Positions 53,441 through 64,000 of a stretch of DNA of 64,000 nucleotides are shown here, piece after piece. Source of the DNA: Octopus sinensis (lineage: Eukaryota); assembly GCF_006345805.1 (NCBI RefSeq), contig NC_043006.1:43214001-43278000 (forward strand), in the 5' to 3' direction. Positions within the stretch are counted from its first letter, which is position 1; each line of letters opens with the position of its first letter. Under the pieces are notes generated by a model. The model was given only the letters and a program-made list of their open reading frames with translations, had not been told where the DNA came from and searched no databases. Made by a program: the position numbers and the translations under genes.

Positions 53441-53732
53441 GGTCTAAGGAGGACAGCTCTTTTACCTTTTTACTTTTTACATTTTAGTTTCTGTTTTTCA
53501 TTTTCCATTGTTTAGTTTCTGTGTTTTCTATATGCTGCCTTCTCAGTTTTTTCGTGTTTCTTCTATTATTCAATTTTTTTTAGTTCGTTATATGTGGTTT
53601 GCACTTAAAGAATATGTTTTCTAGGCATATGAAATTATTAGTAGCACTTTAATACATGTACTTTGACCTTTAAATAATAATACTTATCTCTCACCAGATG
53701 GAATACTTTTTTGATGAATTTTCTATATATTT

Positions 53733-53843
53733 ATTAATAATGAAAGGTATTATTTGTAGCACTAGCATGCTAAACATAGCAGACAAAACGACTATGGTAT
53801 TTTTAGCATGATAATTCTACAAGTAGCACCCTTCATTATTAAT
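53733..53843. repeat. Diverged fold-back, ~42 bp arms
   Basis: attaataatgaaaggtatt...catgctaaa versus tttagcatg...cccttcattattaat. Confidence 0.7.
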
Positions 53844-53905
53844 TAATAATTTTGCCTTTATGGTTTTTTTACACATGATGGCCACTGATATTATTGTAAA
53901 TTATT

Positions 53906-54237
53906 AACAACAAAGCATTCAGAGAATGCAAACCTCTGCCAAGGCAACACCAACGTCCTCCTCAACGATTAGCTGGAGCTGATTTTTAAAATGCAAATAT
54001 CTGAAATAAACTCAACTGCTCTCACAAAGGAGAATACTAGAAATGAACCCGATTGCTCTAAAAAATTAAGTAAAGAAACAGGAAAAAATAATCCTGAATC
54101 CTTGTCCCAAAATCTGATCAGTTCATGCCAGTCATGAGGCCGCACACTCCTAAAAGTTTCATCCAAATCCATCCATGGACAAACAAACAAACACAACTGA
54201 AAACAATACCTCTGCCTGAGCGAAGGTGGAGGTAATG
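53906..54237. mobile_element. HINE/DINE-like non-autonomous Helitron-related element
   Basis: ACCTCTGCC near one end, (ACAA)n, and terminal hairpin TACCTCTGCC-tgagcgaa-GGTGGAGGTA (54207-54234). Confidence 0.6.
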
Positions 54238-55328
54238 ATATCTTTATTGATAGATAGATAGATAGAGGGATGGATGGATGGATGGACGGACGGACGGACG
54301 GACGGATGGACGGACGGACGGACAGACAGACAGACAGACAGATAGATAAATAGATGCATATATATATTTATATATAGATGTATAAGAAAAAATATTGCAC
54401 TCTCTCAGTTATGACAATGAGTGTTCCAGTTATCCTGGAAATTGACATGCAAGTGGCTGAGCACTCCACAGACATGCTTACCCTTAATGTTATGTATGTA
54501 TCTATGTATCTCTGTATGTATGTAGGTGTATGTGTGTTTGTGACATCATGGTCACGAATGAGCATTACCATTATAGAAGTAATGTTAATTTTCCCAGTCT
54601 TGCATCAAGAACCTGTCTGGTATTGCTTGGAAGCAGGTGAGGGTTAGTGACAGGTAAGGCATCCAGTGGTCGAAAATCTGCCTTAACAAATTTCGTCGGA
54701 CCCTTGCAAAGCATGAAAAAGTGGATGTTGAGTGATGATGACAACGACGACGACGATGATGACAATGATGATGATAATGATAATGACGACGACAACGACA
54801 ATAATGATGAGGATGATGTCAAAGATGATGATGGTGATGATGACGATGATGATCATCATCATGGTGGTGGTGGTGGTGGTGGTGACGGTGACAATGATGA
54901 CAACGACGATGATGATGATAAAGATACTGCCAATGATGATGACGATGACGACAAAGAGGAGGAGTAGGAGTTTTTTATTACCCTATTATGTGATGTTTAC
55001 TGCTTTCATTTACATTATTAACCGAATGACCATTTATCCGTTATGATAATTTGATATAGTTCTATTCACATTTATTCTTCATTTTTCTAATATTTTGCTT
55101 TCTTACATGGTTATATTATACGAGATAATATTTATTTTAACCTTTCATAGCCTGGATAATTTCGTTTCAGTGCCTGTCTGAATACATTTTCAGTTTTAAT
55201 TACTTTAGTAGTTGTAGTAGTAGTAGTAGTAATAATAATAATAATAATAAAAATAATAATAAATATACCCAAGTCACAGAGAGCTGCACTCGGTAGTGAA
55301 GTGACAGCACGTTATAAAAATAAAACTA

Positions 55329-55374
<46 letters not shown>

Positions 55375-55378
<4 letters not shown>

Positions 55379-55530
55379 CAAAAATAAAAATAGTAATAAT
55401 AATAAAAATAATTTTTCACAGGGTTTTTGAAGCATGACCAGTAAACAAATACCACCTTAGTTTGCTGTTGTGGACAGCTGACACTTACCATCATACCAAG
55501 CAAAATAAGCTGTGAGTTTTCATATAATAA

Positions 55531-55561
<31 letters not shown>

Positions 55562-55725
55562 AAATAATAATAATAAAACAACAAAAATAAAAATAGTAAT
55601 AATAATAAAAATAATTTTTCACAGGGTTCTTGAAGCATGACCAGTAAACAAATACCACCTTAGTTTGCTGGTTGTGGACAGCTGACACTTACCATCATAC
55701 CAAGCAAAATAAGCTGTGAGTTTTC

Positions 55726-55730
<5 letters not shown>
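55375..55730. repeat. Tandem duplication, 203-bp period, bounded by (AAT)n
   Basis: Non-microsatellite cores differ by one substitution and one 1-nt indel. Confidence 0.95.
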
Positions 55731-55758
<28 letters not shown>

Positions 55759-55790
55759 TGATGATGATGATGATGGATGATGATGATAAT

Positions 55791-56300
55791 TTGTCCTGAT
55801 GCAATACCAGGCACCAGCTCTCATGGCTTCTGATTTTAACTGACTGGAAGTGTTATCATGTACATTGTTTTGTCTTAGTGTAAAAGATGGGCTGCAGCAA
55901 ATATTCTGCTCCATACCACAGATTTGCTGGTCAGTTGTTTGACTTTAACCAGTTGAGCTGATGATAAGTGTATCTCTTATCTCAAGCAGAAGTAGTGGGG
56001 GAGCATTATAGCCATGTATGAGAGGAATTCTTTGGGGTTTGAATAATACACCTCTGGAAACATGGGTGTTTTGTTCATCACCCTAAACAAACCTTATTCC
56101 TTTTGAGCAGGATGGGATACTCAACCTGGAGAAAATTCTACCTGGGCCTCACCTGCAAGGTCATGCACTGCTTATCTTGATAGATCACCGTGTTGCACAC
56201 ATATGATTGTGATGCATGTACCTCGTGGACCCTTATCAGATGGGTAGTCATGATGGGTATACTGGTCTTTGTATATTTGTACCCCAGTGTCACTTTGATG
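55791..56300 (+). mobile_element. Repeat E, longer copy
   Basis: Homologous to 5660-6116. Confidence 0.65.
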
Positions 56301-56873
56301 TGGAATTGAACCTGGAACCAAGTGGTTGCAAAATGAGCTTCTTCACTGCACAGCAATGAAATTTGGAATACCAGCAAATTTATCTGGAATGCTGGCATAG
56401 CAACAGTTTCATTTGCAGATACACACACACACACTCGAACATGCATAGGCATACCTCACACCGTATTGACCTTCACAATATACAAACAGAACTCTCAAAC
56501 ATTGTTACAAATGCTAGGTCTACATACATGCACAGACACACATACATGCATTCATTCATACATACACACACACATACATGCATACATACATACATACATT
56601 CATTCATTCATTCATTTATTCATTCATACATATATACATGCATACCTGTGTATATTCCTTCAGTAATTTTATTGGCGGTGCCTACAAACTTTCTGCTAAT
56701 AAAATGATTAAAAATATCAGACTTCACACTTGTAGTGAGTCTTTTATTCAGTTAGCATCCACAGTTTTTATGCACATAGAAAAAACATTCGTTTTTAAGC
56801 TCATATATACATACGTGTGTCTGTGTGTATATATGAATGCATATATAAATATATATATAATTATATGAATGAA

Positions 56874-56909
<36 letters not shown>

Positions 56910-57080
56910 TGTATGTATGTGCGTGCATATATATGTGTGTCTGCATTAGGAAGAACATCCAGTTCCAGCTGTAGAAACCATGCCAATGGTGGCAGTAGAT
57001 CTTGGTTCGGTCTTCTGACTTGCCAGATTCTGTCAAATTGTCCAACCCATGCCATCACAGAAGGAGGACACTAAATGATG

Positions 57081-57115
<35 letters not shown>

Positions 57116-57120
<5 letters not shown>

Positions 57121-57940
57121 CGAAATCGAACCAAATTCGACTGGCGCCAATGCCAACCTTCCTTCATTTGACACTAAACTCTGCTTGCGAAGACCTGTTG
57201 GGGCAGGTGAAATCGAAATTGAACCAGATTCGATGACTGGCACCCATGCCATCCTTCCTTCATTGGACACTAAACTAAATTGAACCAAATTCGATGACTA
57301 GCACCCATGCCAACCTTCCTTCATTGGACACTAAACTAAATTGAACCAAATTCGATGACTAGCACCCATGCCAACCTTCCTTCATTGGACACTAAACTAA
57401 ATTGAACCAAATTCGATGACTAGCACCCATGCCAACCTTCCTTCATTGGACACTAAACTAAATTGAATCAAATTCGATGACTGGCACAGGTGCCAGTGGA
57501 GTGCTAACAGCTCCATCTGAGCAGGATCACTGCCAGAGCAGCTGTATGGCTTCCATGCCAGTGGCACATAAAAAGCACCATTTGAGCGTGATCGTTACCT
57601 GCGTTGCTTTACTGGCACTTGTGCCGGTGGCATGTGAACAAAACATTCAAGTAAGGTCATTGCCAGTGCCGCTGGACTGACTCCTGTGCAGGTGGCGCAT
57701 AAAAAACACCATTTGAGCATGGTCATTGCCAGTACTGCCAGACTGGCCCTCGTGTCGGTGGCATGTAAAAGCACCCACTACACTCTCGAAGTGGTTGGCT
57801 TTAGGAAGGGCATCCAGCTGTAGAAACTTTGCCATATCAGATTGGAGCCTGGTGCAGCCATCTGGTTTGCCAGACCTCAGTCAAATCGTCCAACCCATGA
57901 TAGCATGGAAAGTGGACGTTAAATGATGATGATGATGATG
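57116..57940 (+). mobile_element. Family D copy with an internal 61-bp tandem array
   Basis: Three identical 61-mers at 57277, 57338 and 57399 plus diverged flanking units. Confidence 0.85.
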
Positions 57941-57974
57941 ATATATAAATATATAGTATATATACATATATATA

Positions 57975-58720
57975 TAGGCACTGAAGTGGCTATGTGATAA
58001 GAAGCTTGCTTCCCAACCACATGGCTCTGGTCTCAGTCCAACTGCATGGCACATTGGGCAAGTGTCTTAGCCTTGGGCCAACCAAAACCTTGTGAGTAAA
58101 TTTGGTTGATGGAAACTGAAAGAAGCCCATCATATATATATATATATATATATAGGCACAGAAGTGGCTATGTGATAAGAAGCTTGCTTCCCAACCACAT
58201 GGCTCTGGTCTCAGTCCAACTGCATGGCACATTGGGCAAGTGTCTTAGCCTTGGGCCAACCAAAGCCTTGTGAGTAAATTTGGTCGACGGAAACTGAAAG
58301 AAGCCCATCGTATATATATATATATATATATATGTATATGTAGTCAATCCAAACATGAACACGCAAGAAAAAACAACAACGCAAGCACGTGGAATAAGTA
58401 CAGCGTTATTGGACGCTCAGGAAAGGAAAAAAAAGGAAGAGGATTTCACGTTTTGAGTGGAGCTCTTCATCAGAAATATAGAAAAAGTCCAAAGAAAGGA
58501 AGTCTGAGAAAGAAAATCGCCAATGATACACACGCAGTCACATACACATATATATGTATTTGTGTGTCTGTGTTTGTCTCCCCATCATCGCTTGACAACC
58601 AATGCTGGTGTGTTTATGTCCCTGTAACTTAGTGGTTCAGCAAAAGAGACTGATAGAATAAGTACTAGGCTTACAAAGAGCAAGTCCTGGGATCGATTTG
58701 TTTGAAACAAGTAAAAGAAT
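57975..58720 (+). mobile_element. SINE A with locally duplicated head and foreign insert
   Basis: Heads ~57975-58135 and ~58155-58315 share the same internal deletion; insert ~58340-58540; tail ~58555-58720. Confidence 0.85.
58444..58476 (-). ncRNA. Decayed minimal hammerhead
   Basis: ttt-CTGATGA-A-gagctccactc-AAAAC-GTG-aaa. Confidence 0.45.
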
Positions 58721-58858
58721 AAAATAATTAAAGAATATATATATATAATTATGCATATATATATCTATACGTATTTATGTATATATAATTATATATATAC
58801 ATATATATTTAAATCTCTGAGCTGGAAGTAAACAGTAGCAAGAGAGAATCGTGAAGTG

Positions 58859-59093
58859 TATTTGCCAACTAAATGTAACTGTCCCATAGAGGACGATGCT
58901 ACTGTTGTTTTTAGCCCCAGAAGGACATCTCCTCCAGCTGATGACAGATCTGTGTGTATCATGTAAGGCAAGAGTTTGCAAATACTAATCAGGCACAGAC
59001 AGTGTGTTGCTAGCAAGCTGTAGATGTCCTCTTGGGTATAAAAACAACAGTAGCATCGTCCTCTATGGGACCACCACATCTAGTTGGCAAATA
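58859..59093. repeat. Fold-back, ~72 bp arms
   Basis: 58859-58930 versus 59022-59093. Confidence 0.9.
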
Positions 59094-59135
59094 TGCTTAA
59101 CGATATATATATTTATTTATTTATTTATTAGTATT

Positions 59136-59185
59136 TAGCAGAAGTAACAGAGTGACTCAAGTTTTGGGCATTGGCACTTAGCAAA
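59136..59185 (-). ncRNA. Decayed hammerhead, same family as 7122-7177
   Basis: TTGCTAA-gtgccaatgccc-AAAAC-ttga-GTC-actctgttac. Confidence 0.4.
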
Positions 59186-59194
59186 TTTTCTTTT

Positions 59195-59820
59195 CTTCTC
59201 TAGACACAAGGCCCGAAATTCTGGGGTGGGGAGGGGCGACCAGTCGTTTAAATCAACTCATTATGCAACTGGTACTTAATTGATCGACCCCAAACAGATG
59301 ACCTCAGCGGAATTTGAACTTAGAACGTAAAGACAGACAAAATACCACTAAGCATTTCGCCCAGAGTGCTAACGTTTCTGCCAGCTCACTGTCTTTAAAT
59401 ATTCTTTTCTACTCTTGGCACAAGGCCCGAAATTTTTTGCGGGGCAGACCAGTCGATTAGATCGACCCCAGTATCCAACTGGTACTTAATTCATCGACCC
59501 CAAACGGATGAAAGGCAAAGTCAACCTTGGTGGAATTTGAACTTAGAACATAAAGACAGATGAAAGTATTTTGCCCGGACTTTGTGTGCATGGTACATTT
59601 AAATATTCTTTTCTACTCTAGGCACAAGGCCCAACATCACTGGTGCCAAGCTGTATCGGCCTTTGCCTTGCCCTTGGATAACATCAGTGGCGTGGAGAGG
59701 GGAGGCTGGTATGCATGGGCGACTGCTGGCCTTCCACACACAAACTTACCTGGACTTGTGCCTGGGAGAGCAGCTTTCTAGGTACAATCCCATGGTCATG
59801 CATGACCGATGGGGGTCTCC
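59195..59820. mobile_element. Two tandem reverse SINE B copies plus a SINE C fragment
   Basis: B near 59195-59390 and 59405-59570; C body near 59633-59820. Confidence 0.8.
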
Positions 59821-60298
59821 TCCACTGAAACCAAGAGATGGCCAGAATCACAGGAACTTAAGAGAATGTAAGAATTTCATAACTAATGCAGTTATCCTGA
59901 AAAATCACGACTTGAGGCAGTAAAATGTAATGGTAAATAGTAATGAGGAAAGAAAGGCAAAACTGATCTCAGGGAAATTTGATTTTTGAATGCAGCTATA
60001 CACAATTCAAGAAGACAAATCATTTTGTCCGATGCTCTACTGACTTGGCTAATCCATCACCATCATTGTGTAAATAATATTAATATGTCCATAGTGAGCA
60101 AACTGACAAAAATACTCTCCATGATTTTATAAATTTTAAAAATATTATTCTACTTCAAAATACAACTAAAAATAGCGCAATAGATTTCTTTCCATTTTAC
60201 CTATGGGAATGTGTGTATATTTGTAAGTACATTCACATATGTGTGTGCATGCGCATGTGTGTGTGTCTATCTGTATGTAATATATATGTATATATATG

Positions 60299-60351
<53 letters not shown>

Positions 60352-60464
60352 TATACATATATATAAGTATGCATATATATATATATATATACATGCAGTA
60401 AATATATGTATATATGTATGTATACATATATATATATATACATATATATACATATATGTGTGTG

Positions 60465-60500
<36 letters not shown>

Positions 60501-60627
60501 TGCATATATATTATATATACATGTAAGTATATATATGCATATATATGTATGTGTATATATATATGTATATATACAAATGTATGTGTATGTATATATATAA
60601 ATATATATATATGTATATATATATATG

Positions 60628-60660
<33 letters not shown>

Positions 60661-61086
60661 TTATGTATGTATATGTACATACATTCTTGTATTTGTTTAT
60701 TATGTTAGTAAGTTTTAGTATTTTAGCCATATGTATGTGTATTTATACAACACACACACACACACACAGAACAGCAGAAGAAATGGAAATAAACATTTTA
60801 CATGCATAACAAAAATATTATTTTGCGTAAAATGTTTTAGCAGAGCTCTCAATAAATACGAAAATGAATTTATGCATAGAAGAATAATATATTGAAATTC
60901 AAAGATGACTAAGAAGACAACATACTTTAAAATGATTACTAGCTCTACACATTAAAATATACACATGCAGAGAAGTAAAATATATGAATATATCTATATG
61001 ACACTTTTCACATATAAAACCAGTATAAAATTTCAAGTGTCTTTGCATCTCTACCATCTTTAGATTCCATATACATCAAAATGTTA

Positions 61087-61136
<50 letters not shown>

Positions 61137-61146
<10 letters not shown>

Positions 61147-61348
61147 GAAATGAGGTAATCAGAAGATCGGATGGTTTATATTTACAGATATTTATTATAT
61201 ATTACATTTTTTACATATATATCATATCATTTAGATCATTAGCGCTAATGATCTAAATGATATGATATATATGTAAAAAATGTAATATATAAATAAATAT
61301 CTGTAAAATAAACCATCGATCTTCTGATTACCTCATTCTTCTAATATA
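61137..61348. repeat. Spacerless palindrome, ~210 bp
   Basis: Centre AGC|GCT at 61243/61244; arms differ only by four 1-nt indels. Confidence 0.95.
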
Positions 61349-61650
61349 ATACCTGTACATCATCTCCAAACCTTCCAATATATATATATATAATATGTAT
61401 ATATATATACCGGAGAGAGTAAAAACACATAAATGTGAAACAAGGTGGAAAAAAGAGAGTACTCAAATACCAGTGGTAGAGTAATATGCTTTTATAAAGC
61501 AGCAGAAACAGATTTGTTGAATTTTCTGCTGCTTTAAATAAAGTATATATATATAATATATATATACACGTATATTCATATATACATGTATATTCATATA
61601 TGCATGATGTACATATATATGTATGTGTGTGTATCTGTACATATATACAT

Positions 61651-61702
<52 letters not shown>

Positions 61703-62069
61703 ATATATATATAACATACATACACACATTGATATTTGTCAAGTTATAATAAAAACAATCTAACATGAAACGGAAGAATTGCTCAATACTCTTCCTAGAG
61801 AGCAGATTTATTATACTTTTACAAGAAGAGGGAGGAATGCTGACTTCAAAATTTCAGTCTGCTTGCTTTCATCAGATGAAGTCATAGTCACTGTCACCTT
61901 TCTTCACATAAAACTACAATAAATCTCTATATATCACAATGGCTAGATATATATCTACATATACATCTATACTGTACATATAATATATATATACACACAT
62001 ACATAGATATAGATATATATGCATACGTAGATATCGTAGATATATATACATACATAGATATCTATATAT

Positions 62070-62102
<33 letters not shown>

Positions 62103-63262
62103 CATATTACACACACACACACACATATATATATACATATATATACATATATGTATGATACATAATATATATAATGCATACATTATGTATATATATATAT
62201 ATATATAATATATATATATATATTATATATATATATTACATATATATATTATATACATATAGTCTATATACATATATATTTATATGTCTGTATGTTTTCA
62301 CCTTGGAGTATTATACATATAGTAGGTATTTCCATGTGTGCTGTGAATGGTGTTACTCTTATGTATATATATATACATATATATACACACACACACATAT
62401 ATATATAATATACATGTATATATACATACACTCACACACACACACACATACACACAAACATGTACACACACACACATATACATACATACATACATATTAT
62501 AAACATATTATATACATGTTAGGCCTACTTATATGTATTTCAGATATATTCATAGCACTGTTCACTGAACTACAGTACTTGAGAAATTGATGGTTGGCAG
62601 TACCAGAAGAAAAAATTTTGGAAATAATTTTCATACTCCGTTTGTATATTTGTTCAACGTTTATTTTTTTTTATGTATATTTTTATAGTAAATTTAGAGT
62701 AATACTTATAAATTTGAAATATATTATTAAAAAAAAATATTATATTTTTATCTCCAGAAATATATAATATATATTTAGATAAAGTCATATGCTATAAATT
62801 TTATATGATGAAACAAAATTTAGCCAAGGGATATAATTCAAATAGGCCAATGCATGAAGTGAGATGAATTAAGTTGGATAATATATATAGCAAAGACCAA
62901 TATCCTCTTTTTAGTTGGAGAAAGTAACAAAAACTCAGTAGAATTCATTTGTCAATCATAAAATAAAAAAGGAAATTTATTCATTCACATTTACATCTGT
63001 TTTTCCATGCCAGCATGAGTTGGATGAATGCATGATTGAAACATTGTTTTAGAGCTGAAGGCCTTTCTTATCCTTAACCCTTATCTGTTTATCAAGTAGA
63101 AAATTGTTTATTTCAAGCATCCTTGAATATGCTGCAAAGCCATTTACCAGTTTCTTGAATGGAAAATTAACAGAAGCATCACTGTTTGTAGTTTGCAATA
63201 TCTGAAGAATATAAGGCGAAGAGTTGGCAGAATAGTCAACATGCTCGACAGAATGCTTACAC

Positions 63263-63660
63263 TTTTACTCTTTTACTTGTTTCAGTCATTTGACTGTGGC
63301 CATGTTGGAGCACCACATTTTAGTTGAGCAAATCGACCCCAGGATTTATTCTTTGTAAGCCTAGTACTTATTCTATCGGTCTCTTTTGCTGAACCGCTAA
63401 GTTACGGGGGACGTAAACACACCAGCATCAGTTGTCAAGCGATGCTGGAGGGACAAACACAGACACACAAACACACACACGCACATATATATATATATAT
63501 ATACATATATACGACGGGCTTCTTTCAGTTTCCGTCTACCAAATCCACTCACAAGGCTTTGGTCAGCCCGAGGCTATAGTAGAAGACACTTGCCCAAGGT
63601 GCCACGCAGTGGGACTGAACCCGGAACCATGTGGTTGGTAAACAAGCTACTTACCACACA
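63263..63660 (-). mobile_element. SINE family A, near full length, low divergence
   Basis: Clean reverse copy of tail, linker, core and head. Confidence 0.9.
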
Positions 63661-64000
63661 ATGGCAAGACAACAAAAGAATTCTATATTTCTATATTTTT
63701 ATGCAGCTGAAGATTGTTCTACATTTTAAATTGATGTAATGTTTGCATTGTTCAATTAAATGGAGTCGCCTGAAACAATCGTACTGCATTACCTCTGGAT
63801 ATCTTTTTTGCTTATTATGATTATAATCACCTTATTTTAAATTATATGGATAATAAATACCATACTAAATTCTGGTGCTTTCAACTTAAGTACCATATTC
63901 ATCTGAATCTCTATATATATATGTGTGTATGTATATGTTTGTGTGTCTGTGTTGCCCCCCCCCCCTCCCAACATCGCTTAACAGGCGATGATGCAGCATT

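Noticed and set aside
1151-62590. Most ORFs in the track (YI/HT/CV/poly-H/poly-M/poly-D peptides)
   Set aside because: Translations of microsatellites with no domain content.

Overview
AT-rich, microsatellite-saturated eukaryotic DNA. The SINE families and simple repeats look like an octopod cephalopod genome (inference from pattern recall, not a search). No intact protein-coding gene is evident, and nearly all track ORFs are translations of (TA)n/(CA)n/(CAT)n/(GGT)n. The window is dominated by at least four tRNA-headed SINE families (my labels A, B, C, F), two other non-autonomous repeats (D, E), and relics of mariner (x3), CR1 (x2), R4/Dong, a Helitron Pif1 helicase, hAT/MITE and HINE-like elements. 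There is one 100-N gap. The most interesting layer is RNA structure. About ten hammerhead-ribozyme (HHR) motifs or relics from at least five sequence families sit mostly in short Penelope-like fragments. One forms the tail of a tRNA-headed SINE, and two families appear to carry the compensatory U3-A8 core instead of C3-G8. There are also about 12 fold-back inverted repeats, including a ~210 bp spacerless palindrome. A few weak exon candidates exist; the best is a 90-nt signal-peptide-like exon at 23897-23986. All calls were made by eye, and most element boundaries are approximate.
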